A stretch of DNA of 62,531 nt, filler included, from Choristocarpus tenellus KU-1152 (GCA_964200185.2; 9 parts of 9 records of this genome joined end to end with filler, not necessarily neighbours in it), one strand, 5' to 3'; counted from the whole stretch's first letter, positions 37,600 through 50,900 are shown. A program made the numbers and translations. The notes: generated from the letters alone by a model not told the origin.

Positions 37600-40230
37600 C
37601 CCCTCCTGCATCACTACGAATTGACGGAGGGATCCCAAATGTAAGACATAATTCTAACACGTTTGTTGCTACTCCAGTTGCTTCCTTTGACGCCATTGGG
37701 AATGCAAAGGGAATCTCGAAGCTCTATCAATCACAATTAATAGATACTTGTTGCCTTTTGCTGAGATGTGTCCTACATCTTGTAGATCCATCTCGAGTAC
37801 ATCCCATGGTTCCAGGAACTTGGCTGGCAGCATTGCCATTTGTGCGCTCCCGGTCCTCTTTCGTCTGCGACAGCCACAGGATAAAACATAATCCTGCGTG
37901 TCTTTCTGGAGTGAGGGCCAAAAGAAGTATCGACGGGTTAGGGCTACTGTGCGTCCAACTCCCTGATGACTAGTTTGCAGGTGAACTAGTGCTATGATGT
38001 CTGACACTAGTGAACGAGGAACTGCTAGCCTAGTTGCATACTCTCCAGGGTGTACCAGAGTAACTCCTTATCATCTAAGGAATGTGACTCCACGTCTATA
38101 TTCCCTTTTCCCCATTTAAGTGACGACTTCCAGTGTTCTTGGCCTTCGAGTACACCTCATATGCTGCCCGAGAAGGGGTCTTTCATCTGCCTCTCCACTA
38201 GCTCTGGTACGTCCGATAGAGTAGCCATTGCTCTCTTGAGAGTGGGATGGTATTGAACCACCTCACTCATTCGAACTATTCTGTCACTGTCTTTCTTGTT
38301 CTTTGGCCTTGGTGTACTTGTGCGCCTTTTCTTGTAAGGTGGCTTCTCTTCTCCTGCTTTTCCTTTTATTTCTACCCTATCTTCGAGGGTAGAGTCAAAA
38401 GTTTGCCAACCAAAAGTGATAGTGGCGTTAAGCCGGGGAAGGACTTACTGTGGGGGGGGTGTCGGGTCTACACTAGGTGTTTTATCTGGGGTCCTCCAAC
38501 CAGAGGGGGGGGGTTTACACACTGGCATACATTGATCCTGGGAACTACTGAGTGGTAACCAACCTCGAACGCCTAAGTCTCAATTATCAGATCCCGTGTG
38601 GCAATCTTGCAGGGCTGACAGTATTCCTGAGAGTGTGGCATCAACTGTTCTCTGAAGTAACATTTGTGCTACACCTAGACTCGGTTCATTCTATGAGGGG
38701 GGAGTAAACTCCAGTTCTGAATCTACCAACGCACAGAGAGAGCAAGGGGACAGTGTGGGGTGACCTGGGCTTAGGTCTCATGTATCTAAATCCTGCAAAC
38801 ATACACCATCTAAGACAGGTCCTCGTGGTCCAGCGTAGTTCTAGCTACACGCTACTGACGGATCGTCAGGAAAAGAATCGTCGATATCCAAACCTCATCC
38901 TGTTGGTGAGGAGAGTCGTGACAATCCATCCGGCAGTTGGTGCTTCGAGCCCGCTCGCCACTTAAGTTCCATATCGTGGTCCATTAGACGGAGGGCCCAC
39001 CTGTGGAGCTTGAGGCGAAGTTCCCTGCTCTTGAAGAGCCAAGTCAGTGCAGAGCAGTCAGTGATTAGGGTGAATTTCCTACCTCAAATGTAGGAGCGGA
39101 AGTGTTCTACAGTGTACAAGATGGTCATGCATTCCCATTCAGTGGGTGCTCTCCTACTGTCTGTTTTGGACCATCTATGGCTAGCATATGCTATGACATG
39201 TTCTTGGTAATCATCCTGTACCTGGGTCAGGGTTACTCCAGCCCCTTCCTCACTAGCATCTGTATGGAGAAGGAACTTCTTATCCCAGTCAGGAAAGAAT
39301 AGGATTGGTGGAGAGACCAGACGCACGTTAAGTTCTTCAAAGGCTTTCTGCTCCTCTGGTCCCCAAGGGATTCCCTTCTTCCTGCCTCTTTTGGAAGCAT
39401 ACCCTTTATTCCGGAGGATGTTAGTCAAGGGTGCAGCTACTTGGCCATAGTTCGGAACAAACTGTCGCATGTATCCTGTCATGCCTAGGAAACTCCTTAA
39501 CTGCTCGACTGTAGATGGGGGTCAAGTTTTGCTACTGCTATCATTTTCGACGGAGCAGGACTCAAGCCATCTCTACCTACCTTCATTCCTAAAAATTCTT
39601 GTGAGGGCATGCACCACAAGGATTTAGGAAAGTTCACACACAGACCGTATTACTTGAGTCTGGTGAGAAGAAGGCTCAGTTTGGTCATGTGTTCATCAAA
39701 TGATGAGCTATAGCAAAAAAGATCGTCTAGTCAGTTTTCCACACCATTTCCTTAGAGATCTCCTATTGACTCTCTCATGTAGCTAGAGAATACTGCAGGT
39801 AAGATTTTCAACCCAAAGCCACACCTGTTATATTCCCAAAGTTGTCCATGAGCATCACGGAAGGCTGTCTTATGTTTGTCTACCTCTGCTATTTCTAGTA
39901 GAAAGAATCCCGATGCTAGATCTATGGCAGTAAAATAGCTAGAACCCCTAAGCTTATCAAAGATGCGGGTGATGTTCCCAAGACCTCCACTATCACTACG
40001 TGAGAGATCATTAAGCATCCTATAATCTGTGCATAACCTCAGGGTCCCATCACTCTTACGTACTGCCACTACCGCTGCTGCCCATGCTGAGGTGGAGGGT
40101 CTGATAATACCACGTTCCTGCAGCTGCTTAACCTCGGCCTGAATCATGTGAGTGAGAAAAGCGCCTTTATTTCGCTGCATAGAGTGTACAGTTCTCGTCT
40201 GATAGTGGTATATGTAGTACTCCTCTAGAG
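37600..40230 (-). mobile_element. Degenerate Ty3/gypsy pol (RT - RNase H - integrase)
   Basis: GIIRPSTSAWAA..VRKSDGTLRLCTDYR, IDLASGFF, HKTAF, FGLK; LHTDAS...VIAYAS; HQGVGRT...FFWPSL...C, LEMDL, YLLIVIDRASRF; RT-RH-INT order is gypsy; frameshifts and stops present. Confidence 0.93.
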
Positions 40231-40234
40231 TATG

Positions 40235-40491
40235 GAGTCAAAGTATCTTAGAGGGTACAGCCGCGTCCAAATGGGGGTCAAAATCCAATGTTGCGATTTT
40301 GATGTAATTTTGGCTATGGTGTTTGTTAGGAAGTGTCAATATCCTTGCTCCGGATGCACCTTTCATAACGTATACATTTTACCTATTCCGAAACATTTTG
40401 GAGTAGGAAAATGTCATTAAAAAAACATGGGAAGTCAAGTCCCAAACGGACAAACAGGGCAATACTCGTACCTTCTAAGATACTTCCACTC
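40235..40491 (+). mobile_element. MITE family B copy inserted in the gypsy relic
   Basis: GAGTCAAAGTATCTTAGAGGGTA ... TCTAAGATACTTCCACTC; flanks ATG / ATG. Confidence 0.92.
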
Positions 40492-40825
40492 ATGGAGGAA
40501 CTCGTTTGGGATCTTCAGGGAATACTCCTAAATTTCTAAATTCTTCCAAAAATTCCACCAACTGTTTTTCTGCCCTGTTGTCAGCTGTCCTATATTGGCA
40601 TCGCTGAGGCTCACTGATTGATGACGGAGCCCCTTGGTTTCATCTGAAGGGGTGTCTATGCAAAAGAGAGCTACTCAAGTAGAGTATTTTGCTTTGTGTG
40701 GTATGGATATGTTTATTAGCGGANNNNNNNNNNNNNNNNNNNNNNNNNNNNNNNNNNNNNNNNNNNNTTAATTAATTAANNNNNNNNNNNNNNNNNNNNN
40801 NNNNNNNNNNNNNNNNNNNNNNNCG

Positions 40826-41085
40826 GAGTGAAAGTATCTTAGAGGGTACGAGTTTTACCCTGTTTGTCCATTTGGGGCTTGGCTTCCCGTTTTTTTTTTA
40901 TGACATCTTCCTACTCCAAAATGTTTCGGCCTAGGTAAAATGTGTACGTCATGAAAAGGTGTGTCTGGAACAAGGATATTGACACTTCTATAAAATTAAA
41001 ATGATAGCCAAAATTATAAAAAATCGCGACATTGGAGTTTAGTCCACAAATGGACGCGGCTGTACCCTCTAAGATACTTTGACTC
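40826..41085 (-). mobile_element. MITE family B copy (reverse orientation) at contig edge
   Basis: GAGTGAAAGTATCTTAGAGGGTAC ... GTACCCTCTAAGATACTTTGACTC. Confidence 0.92.
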
Positions 41086-41174
41086 CCGCCTAGCAACCTT
41101 ACTGGAGAGCATCTTCCGCACACATAAAAAAAAATACAAAGCAGCAGAGGTAAACACAGCAAAAAGCTTTGCAG

Positions 41175-41613
41175 GACTTACAGATAGTGATGACAACCTA
41201 TCTAGATTCAGTGATAGCCCCCCTGCCAGACGACAATCGATGGACTCTGATGGTAAGTTCAAACATCATCATAATAACAGATAAATTCCTCAAGGCTTGC
41301 ACAGAGGAACTCATCCCCTCTGCAAAACCGATCTACACCAACATACAACCGTATGCAAACCTGTGTCTTTCAGCAGGATATACGTGATCATGGCTTTATA
41401 TCGATGCAAATTGGCAAAGCTGCTAAGCTTGTTGTCCTGGACGACCACTGTTACATCCACAAAGGAATCCTCGATGGATTATGTGATGGCGGAGGAAATA
41501 TCAAGAGGACGCTGCGTGTAGAGGACATAGAAGCGCTCGCTGTGAAGAAAGCTGTGTTCCTAGGTCATGTCAAAGCAGATCTATGGAATGACAAGTATTC
41601 CTCTCACCCCTAA
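41175..41613 (+). CDS. Possible last two exons of an unknown gene
   Basis: 41175-41252 (gcag|...|gtaagt) joins in phase 0 to 41374/41377-41613 (CAGCAG acceptor): QDIRDHGF...DLWNDKYSSHP*; no homology recognised. Confidence 0.3.
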
Positions 41614-43338
41614 CTAGATCTTTGGCATGTGTTGACAGGGACTTATCCAAAGCTTATAGGTTGGTGGAAGGAGGAGAGGTGTGACTCCACACATGCTCAC
41701 AAGCTGAAGTTGTTGTTTTTTGTTTTTTGTTAGAACTTGAAGTAAGGGTCGCGTATTTGTGACAGACTTATGAATTCCTGTTCCTTTGACAGTCTCCGAC
41801 GACCAAGTTCGTACAGTCTGGACTTTGTTTTGTAGACTCTGTAGAACTGTCGTTTAGGGCCTAATATAAGCATAATTGACAGAAACGGTGTCCCTGCTGT
41901 GAACTAGTGGGATTGGTCAAGTCAATAATGTCTGAAAAACACCAGGTTTGGTTCAATATCTGGATTCACATTTTATTTAGTTATGTACCAGGGCAATCAC
42001 AGCACGCAGCTACTAACAAATACAACGATAAATATATATATATATATATCAAGGGGTTAAAACTTTGTCATCTCAATAACCATTATTCCTCTGATGCAAA
42101 GCGAGACCAATAGCCTTGAACACCATGCAGTGTATCACACAGGGTTTCCTCCTCATCGCACCATGTTGGGTACACCAGACTTCTTGTCATGTACTCGATT
42201 CAATGTTATGAGGTGCTTTCGTGATTACAGGGTAACACCGTTAGAGGAGCTTTACTTTATATACCTACATCTATATACCCTCCGTCAATCACAAATACAG
42301 TCGAAACTTGGACGAACTTTTCGACCAAAGAAGGGTACACATTTCCGCCTTAGTTCTAAGTTGCAAATACCCCTCCGCTTTTTTCATGCTGATGTTCCAA
42401 TAAATTATTCAGATTTTGAGCAAGCTTATCACCATCCCTTCACAGGTCTGGAGTACCTCTCGTTTACGCCAAACCGTCACAGTATACGATGCTCACAAGT
42501 TAGGTGAATCCCAAAATACGCGTACGTCTATGAACAGATCGTTTCTGTAATGAACTTCACCATAGTTTTATCGATCAAAGCCTTGATTACACTAATAAAA
42601 ATATTAAACCAATTAAGGACACAAAATGATGATAACATATTTCTCATACTTCTTAAGCCCGAAGACACAAACGCACTTACAACTGGGTCTACAAAATGCA
42701 TTGTACATGCAACCAAATAGACCGAAATTCACGACATGACCCTCCCCTGACCCGCATGGACAGCCTTCACCCCAACCCAGATATCCAAAATTAAAATTCT
42801 TGTCGATGTTCCCCCCCAAAATGGAATTTCTTTAACAAACCTATCCCCGTCCCTTTGCAGCTCAAGGATACCTCTCACTTACCCCAAGCCCCCCTATATA
42901 ATACAAAATCGATGTATGCCTACGAAATAAGTTTTTCTTACCATACCTCATCATACTATTTCTATCAATGAAACCATTTATTCGCTTCAATCAGGTCAGA
43001 ATAATCAATAACATAGTTAATCATATTTCAATCAAAAAAACAACTCATTTCACTCCATACAATCTGGCTAATTCACAACCCAAATCATCATACTTCACAA
43101 TGAATGTAACAATTTGTTCACTTCATGAACCATAAATCACCAGTTACAAAGCCAATGACAATATATTTTGCACTACTTTTTGAGCAAAAGCACACGAACA
43201 TGGGTACTTCACCATACTCAAACTAGCCCTAACCATATTTTCTCCTCCATAAAAGTCTAAATAATAAATCGAACAAAGCAATGACAGCGTATTTTTCCGT
43301 ACTTCTTGAGGACAAGTATACGAAACTATATACACACC

Positions 43339-43449
43339 GGTCTACAAAATATTTACAATATCCCACGCATGCAACCAACCCTAAAATCGGGATATTTAAG
43401 AATCGTCCCCAAATGGACAGCCGCCACCCCCTGCTAAATACTTTGGCCC
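43339..43449 (-). mobile_element. MITE family A partial copy
   Basis: CCCCAAATGGACAGCCGCCACCCCC...AAATACTTTGGCCC. Confidence 0.75.
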
Positions 43450-43466
43450 CAAAGGAGATTTCTGAA

Positions 43467-43646
43467 GGCTCAAAGTATCTGGGGGCGGGGCGGGGGTCTA
43501 CACCGGGTGTCCATTCGGGGCCTGACCAGGATAATTGCACTTACATTATCCATCTGATGCATGCAACCAAATCACTAAAAAGTCGCGACATGGAAAAATG
43601 GGTCGTGAATGGATAGAGTCGCCACCCCCCCCAGATACATTGAGCC
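43467..43646 (-). mobile_element. MITE family A copy with GAA target-site duplication
   Basis: GGCTCAAAGTATCTGGGGG ... CCCCAGATACATTGAGCC flanked by GAA/GAA. Confidence 0.92.
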
Positions 43647-44614
43647 GAACTTTGTTTCAAAGGAGGTTAGAAACGCTTGGAGAAGGGACGTTGATAAGGA
43701 TATCCACTTGATTCGGAAAGATCAATTTACAGTCGCCACAAAACATATAGCCAAGATGTACTCTGAAGTGAACTGTGGAATGAGTGTCCCTGGAACATAT
43801 GCGACCAGAAGTCAAAGGGGGCCTGAATATTCACCGACAGACACCCCCCTCTCAGTTTCTTTGATCCATCTTGGCATCTGTATATATATGGTAGGACCAT
43901 GTTATATAAAGTATGGGAATGGCGGCATGGTAGTGAGGTTTGCCTCACACCGTCATCATCAACAATTTCAACCCTATATTGAGTCAGTGTCAATCTCCGA
44001 TTTCTCAGGAAAATTGGTGTCCTACCGCATACTGCACGGAAGCATTTGCTATTTTAAAACCTATATTCAAGGTTGCGACATATAATATGCCTGTAAGACC
44101 CATGAACGTCATCATCGTCTTCATCACAATTGTCAACAAAAACCATAATATACATAAACCTACTTATTTTTTCTAGGTCTTCAATCGCTCCCTCTACATA
44201 TTGTATCTATGGATGTTGAGGTTTCGCCAGAGTTTGAAGTAGGCAGTGTGCACCCTGTTACGTTGGTGATGTGATTTGGCTTGATAGGTTCACATGTATG
44301 CATCTAACAGTTTCATGTCCTCGCGAATCGTCTTGAGACACACCCATTTCCGAGGTGGTCAGGGCTAGAGTTTGACTAGAAGTGTAGCATGGAATTTGAG
44401 GGAGAGGGCAGGGAGGGGGTGAGGTAAATGGTATTGGGATGCGTGTGAAGCTTAAGTAAGTCGGTAAACAAGAAGGGAATCTTCTCAACTACCACGATCA
44501 ACACAACATACATTTCTATTATTATTCCCTCTGACATTTTACAGATGTGTCAAGGGAAAAAACAATGAAAAACCGTTCAAATGTCAGAACAACCCTTGAA
44601 AAAGTAGCAAATCT

Positions 44615-44871
44615 GAGTCAAAGTATCTTAAAGGGTAGAGCCGCGTCCATTTGGGGGCCAAAATCCAATGTTGCGACNNNNNNNNNTTTTGACAATCGTA
44701 TTTGTTAGGAAGTGTCAATATCCTTGTTCTGGACTCACCTTTTCATAACGTATTCATTTTACCAACTCCAATTATCTTTGAGTAAGTAAAACATCATAAA
44801 CACCTCGAGGGAAGTCAAGCCCAAAATGGACAAACAGGGCAAAACTCGTACCCTCTGAGATACTTTCACTC
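44615..44871 (+). mobile_element. MITE family B copy
   Basis: GAGTCAAAGTATCTTAAAGGGTA ... TACCCTCTGAGATACTTTCACTC. Confidence 0.92.
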
Positions 44872-44884
44872 TTATCTCCTATCT

Positions 44885-45875
44885 ACAGGTGTCCCCTCAG
44901 GAGACCTGGCGGAAATCATTGGCCAAGACTGGGAAACCTGGGGGGGTACAACATCCCCCACACCTACCCCTGAGGTTCACATTCTGCCAGCTCATGACGC
45001 CAGGATCATAAGGAGGGCTCAACACGAGATCACTAGCCTGCTGAACAGGATTAGTTTTGATTCCTCTCGGACACAACTAGCCAGCCTTCCAAATGAAGCA
45101 CAACAGGAGAAGGAAAACTCCTCACTAGCCCTAGCACGCCACCGAAGCCAGTGTGGACAAGGGGCCAACGCATGGGCCTCAACACAACCCCTGGAGTCGG
45201 CATGCCAGATCCCCCCCTCAGAGTTCAAACTCACCCTCAGCAGATCCCTAGGGAGGGAGGAGGCCCTGTCAAACAGGTGCCCAGTGACTGGGTGCAGGAG
45301 GCAAAATGTCAATACCAGACATGATCGTACCTGCCCTAGGGCAGGAGGCCAGGTGCGACAACACACCCGTATGCTGAAAAGTCTCAGCCAACTACGCAAG
45401 GGGATGGGCATCCCTTGCACTACGGGGGATGGTAGCCCCTCGACTGTTGACAGGAATTTCCGCATGGATATAGTCTTCCATGCAGGGGCACTCACAGACG
45501 CAGGATCAGCCCCCTACCGGGGAAAAGGCCTCCTGCTAGATGTTACGTTTGCAGAAGTAAAGGCAACCTCCCATCTCCCACACTCACCAACCAGCAATGG
45601 TGTAGCTGCTACTGCAGCTGAGGTGCGAAAGCGCACCCACCACAAAGACTTGTTTGATTCTCGCAGTTAAAAAACCTCAACACCTTTGCAGTGGAAAGTT
45701 TTGGGTGCCTTGGCAAGCAAGGCGAACATTCCCTGGATGAGCTAGCTATACATGAGGTAGGGGAGAGAGGAACTGGAGGCTATGACAGAAAAGGAGCCGT
45801 CAACTCCTATACCAGATAGTCTCAGTCACAACGCAAGTAGCCCTATCGAGACGGATCATGTGTTTTAAGCTAGAG
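44885..45875 (+). mobile_element. CRE/R2-type non-LTR retrotransposon 3' part (zinc knuckle + restriction-like endonuclease)
   Basis: CPVTGC...HDRTC, RQH, RMDIV, LLLDVTF, AEVRKRTHHK, then FAVESFGCLG and QIVSVTTQ after a frameshift. Confidence 0.82.
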
Positions 45876-46479
45876 TCACTGGGAGATGGTCAAGTAGGGG
45901 TTTGTTAGATTCTTGGGATGCTTCCCTAGCTCCTCGATCTAGGGTGCAGGAGTAGGTTTGAGTCAGAGGAAGGCAGTAGTGCAACAAAGACAGTAGTATA
46001 ATAGGAAATAGATCAACATTTTTCACTTTTGTAAAAAATGTTACTTCTTTAGGGATTTTTCAGACATTTGAATAGTTTTCATTAGTTTTTCCTATGGCAC
46101 ATCTCCAAAATGTCAGAGGGCATAATAATATAAAAATATAAATATGATCGTAAATGTGAAAAAAAAAGTTCTATCATCTATTTACTAATTTCTAACAGCT
46201 ATGTATTAAAAGTGATAGAAAAATGTCAAATGTGAAACAGGTGGAAACAGCCGACAGGTTCTTCGTAATAAGGGGTGCGGGAAGACCCACAGGAGGACAG
46301 ATCAAAGACAGACAAGATCAAAGAAGGAGAGCAATCTCTCAGAAGTTAACTCTGGAAAAGAGTCAACAGGCAGTAAGAGTGAAGGAAGGGGGATTTGGAG
46401 GGCACTCCAAATCACCCGATCTTACTTCAAGCAGATGTTACCTTCAACATGCAAAAACAACAAAAGTAACATGAATATC

Positions 46480-46559
46480 ATGATGTTCAAGATAGGTCAC
46501 CTTCAGGGTATACCTTCTAAATGATGTTCAAGATAGGTTAACCTCAGGGTATACCTTCT
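46480..46559. repeat. Two-copy ~41-bp tandem repeat
   Basis: ATGATGTTCAAGATAGGT..CAGGGTATACCTTCT occurs twice. Confidence 0.85.
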
Positions 46560-47193
46560 GTGGAATATAGCTCTCACACAAAGCGTATAATAATAGAACA
46601 TTATCGTACTTTAATTACTCATTTTAAGAATGCTGCTATTATACGTACGTACTGTTTATATTTATACTACCAATGGTTGTCCCGTCATACCTTTTGATGT
46701 AGACATCGGATTAAAAAAATAAAAGCATATTTGAAATGCCCGTCACAATGCCCTCCAGAGTATTGCCTTCGTTTTTTTATTTCTCGCCATTTTTTTTCAA
46801 TTTTTGAAGAAATGTCACAGGCGATATGTCTCGATGGCGGTTTCATAAACACCATTATGACATTGAAGTTCTAGATTTTATATATTTGTACTTCTTGACT
46901 TTTTTTATTTACTATTTGGTCATTATGGTCCCCGATTGTGATAAGACATCGTAGACCAGTTCCCTTTTATATGACGAAAATGACGATCAGCCAAATGAGA
47001 GATCCAGCATACTTCACGACTTGTGTATCATCAGGAGTCTTATATCTACATCAGTATTATCTATGGGACCGTGGATTGGAGCTATACATCCTGTGGAGGT
47101 GAGCTTCTGAGGGGCGCCTGTAACAGAAATACCGGTCATATTGGGGTTCAAACCCTGGATTGTAGGTCACCAAGAGTGGGAACAGATATACTA

Positions 47194-47580
47194 TTACTTG
47201 ATTGAAGTAGAGGGTTTAGACAGGAAAAAAGCCTCCCTACCCTTTCTTCCTGTGTGTTCGTGCACCCACTCTTTGACCTCGGCAAGGATGCCCTTGTCAA
47301 GGCCCAGAACGAAACGTCTCTCGTCGTGCCCTTGCTCCGACACCTTCATGTGGCCCTTAGTTAGGAAGTCTCTCTCCCATTTACTCACAGTTTCCGACCT
47401 GACCATCACCTATCCTGCTGCCATCTTGAGCGCTGTTTGACAGTCTTTCCCATCGTTCATGCGCAGATACAGGATTTGCAGCGTTAGAGCTTTTACTATC
47501 ACATTTCCTCATTGAGCGCCAGAAGTGGGTTACCTTCTTTCGGGATTCAGAGCCCTTGTAGCCCAACTCCAACACCTTCT
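47194..47580 (-). mobile_element. Possible DNA-transposase N-terminal (HTH) relic, IS630/Tc1-like
   Basis: TVSKWERDFLTKG...SEQGHDER...D..I...VKEWVHEH..RKG resembles the WxxxFxxxG..SxxGxH..D..W....KG pattern; no DDE region seen. Confidence 0.4.
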
Positions 47581-49339
47581 TTCTCTTTTCCTAAGTCACT
47601 CTGGCTCACATAGCTTCCAAACAGGTAGGACCTGCTTCAACTGTTGACTACTAAGATACTCTTCACCCGAGTTTTCGCTCTGACGTTTCCTGAGCGCAAC
47701 GGCACGTAGTTGCACTCCTCTCCTCCCCAACCTTCCCTTCGACCGGCCACTCTGGTTCTCCCTTTGCCCACAGTGACCAGGCTGTCCCACACTACTCGCA
47801 CTTTCTCGTCACCTAACATTGCACTGAGTTTCACGCGGTACTTGTTTTTCCCGGTCTCTCTCAACAGAGAAGGTGCTGAGGGTAGATGCAGGGGGCAGAG
47901 TGGCCTCAGCGACTCTCCTTGTCTCACCATTGTGGTTCATGTTGTTGTGTAAGTCACGTGTGTGTGTGCTCACAGGAAGCCTCCAAACGGCGTTAAAAAG
48001 ATGTCCGGAGATCTTGATTTTTTTGGGGGGGACATCACACCAACCAAACTTGGACAAGGACCCACCCCGAACCAGTTTTCTGGAAGGAGTTCAGCCCATC
48101 ACTTCATTTTTGTTGATTTTGAAGTCGCGACCATTAAAATTGCGTTGGAGATATTCCCCAGCGTTTTTTTTTCATTATTTGGTCGGGACCTAGCTCCCGT
48201 TCCCCGAGGTTTCAACAAAAGCCAGTAGAACCCTTCAAAAGCTCTTGTCGTACCCTATCATTTGATATATATATTGTTGTGTATCTGTTGTGATGTTCCC
48301 GTGAATAAATTCAAGATTGCCACAGAGGGCGAAGCTACTGGTAGCACCTTACGTCTATTGCCGAGAAAAAAAATGAAATGTTGAAAATGTAAGCGGAGCG
48401 GAAAGAGAGAGGGGGGTGGGAGGGGGGGGGGTAAAATTGATTGGTATGCACTTCCATTTTGTATAATGCGCTTAGTGTATGCATGTAACTCATACTCATA
48501 TATGAAATATTAGAAGAAACAAAAACTACCCCTAAGTATATTTTTCTTCGTTATATAAACATGTAAAGAAGAGTTACATTTTGGGAATGTTGACAAAATA
48601 AGCTCAAAATTTGTCTATTCCTACAAATGAGTATAGGATGTTTTCTTAATTGTTTAGAAATTTCTTGAGCAATAGAGAAATTAACGCGTTCAAATCGAGA
48701 TTGAGGACTTCTTCATCCATAGAAATATGGGCGAATTGGGAAAAATAAGTAATTGGGTGAAAATGAAAAACAACCAAAATCTGGGTACCTTTCGTTAACG
48801 TTGGCTATTAATAGTAAATAAGTGTGTCCGTGTTAGCATTAGGGACAGACCAGAGCTCTACATCTCTTGCAACAAAGCCCTAGAGCAAAGTACAGCTTAA
48901 AGGTAGCCAGAACCGTAGACAGACACCCAACCCCCCTACCCCCCTTCCCACCCCATTAGAACAAAAAAGATAGGAAAAAACAAATTGTGCCACAAACTGA
49001 AAGACAATATGAATATGATCAACCGTGAACAACAAACTTCTAAATTCTGGAAAGGGCTCTTACGCTTACCATAGCTGCACCAAGCACTGTACTAGTTAGT
49101 CAATCTGCCTCCTTGTGCGTATTGAAATTCTTCACATTAGTAGTAGAAACCTCAAACCCAACCAATCCCTACAATCGTGCGCAGTAACAGTAGACACCTA
49201 TGACCAGTGTTCCACTAACTCTTGACCAAAATATCGTATTATTTGTGTGCACAGTAACAGTAGACAAGACTGTCTAGGAGACACGTCCATTTTTTTTTCT
49301 GTTTTCCATTCGCAAGCTCAGGAATTTGTGATGATGGGA

Positions 49340-50900
49340 GTTGAGCTTCCGTCACTGATCCTTACAAAGTCTCCACATCATACTACCGTATAACAGAACA
49401 TCAAATGCTTCACCTTTGAGCATTCGAATCTTAAGTCCAAGTGAGACACCTGAGATTTACCATTGATGGTTCCCCCAAGGTAAAAACCGATTTACCACCC
49501 TTGTTGTAGGCCTGGTCGAATTCCTGAATCTGCATGGTTTCGGCAGTGTGATTAGGAGGCCGAAGATACATACTCTCTGTCTCTATTGCCAATACAGTCA
49601 GATCAAATGATCTGACCACCTCCATAAGCACTGTCATTATCTTGGTCGAACCTCTTTGGGTCTTGGTGACAATACCCACACCATCAACATGCCCACAAAA
49701 GACACCCAAGTGTGTCCAAGTCCCTTGTGCTCCTCCTCCCCTGGTCTGATTATTTGTGGTCGCTCTCTTGATGAAAAAAATGGTCCTTGGAGATGGTTGC
49801 GTCAGAGGTGAACCCTCAAGTGCTACACTTAGCACTGTAGCGAAGAATATGTTGAAGAGAATCGGAGCAAGAACTCACCTTTACCAAATACCCCATCCAA
49901 CCTAGAACCAGCCTGTGCACTTGCCATCATCCATGCCAACACATGCCTTCATACCATCATGTAATTGACGAATAGCAAAGATAATTATTGGAGGCATGCC
50001 AAATTTGCCCAGAACGGCCCACAGGAGATCACGATCGACAGAGTCAAATGTCTGTTTCGATAAAAAACATGGAGAGATGTAGATATGGTTTTCCTGATCA
50101 AGCTCTTGAAGGGCACAGTGTACATCACATCCACTGTAGAGAGTTGGAGCTAGAAACAACACTGTTATTCATGAAGGATGTCCTGCTGTTCCAGGGAATC
50201 ACTCAACCACGGTGCAACAACTTTGAGGAAGACTTTAACAGCATGTGGCACCAATGAGATGCCCCTGTAGTTGCCACAAATTGGTGAGGTCCTGATAGAG
50301 CACAGTGATGACCGCATCTTTCCAGACCTATGGCATGACTTCCTGGTACCACACAGCCGAGACAATCTCACGGAAACCCAGTAGGATAGCTGCATCCTCC
50401 TGTAGGTCAAGCCTTAGGACCTCAACTGCAAGATTGTCAGGATCCTTAGGCTTCTCATTTCCCATACGCTGAGCACTTCATATACTCCCATCATCGTTGG
50501 TGCAGTAGTGAGGGTCATCGATGTGGGGCCGTTGGTCGAGGGTTCCAGCACTACGAGAGTAGAGATATTTGTTTTTTAGGAGCACTGTGAACTATCACCT
50601 CACTGTTCCACGATGGATGCTTGTTCTCTGTGAGTTCCCATCTAGACTTGTCGCACATGTCCTGAAAAGCACTCTGTCTGGTTCTCTTGACATTGAAGCC
50701 TTTCAGGTGTCGTGGAGAAGTAACGTTTTCCATCTTCCTGTTGTAGGTTTCAAGAAACTTCTGTAAGGTAGTCGCTATCACCAGATAGACCTGTTTGCTA
50801 ATCTTCAACTCATCTTCAAAATGACATTTGGGGGTCTGCGCGCAGTTGTTTCGATGTCCTTCCCTGTTTCTGCCAGGCTTCCAGCAAGTTTGCTTGAGCT
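49340..50900 (-). mobile_element. Degenerate RTE-clade LINE (reverse transcriptase)
   Basis: [73 protein letters not shown]; many stops and frameshifts. Confidence 0.9.

Larger units (their letters stand above)
44517..46130. repeat. ~95-bp imperfect inverted repeat arms (44517-44613 and 46036-46130) enclosing a MITE and a retroelement fragment
   Basis: TATTATTATTCCCTCTGACATTTT...TTCAAATGTC is the reverse complement of GACATTTGAA...AAAATGTCAGAGGGCATAATAATA. Confidence 0.8.

Noticed and set aside
43229-44085. ORFs containing MDSRHPPP / PPPRYF repeated across the window as a protein family
   Set aside because: They are translations of MITE family A termini.
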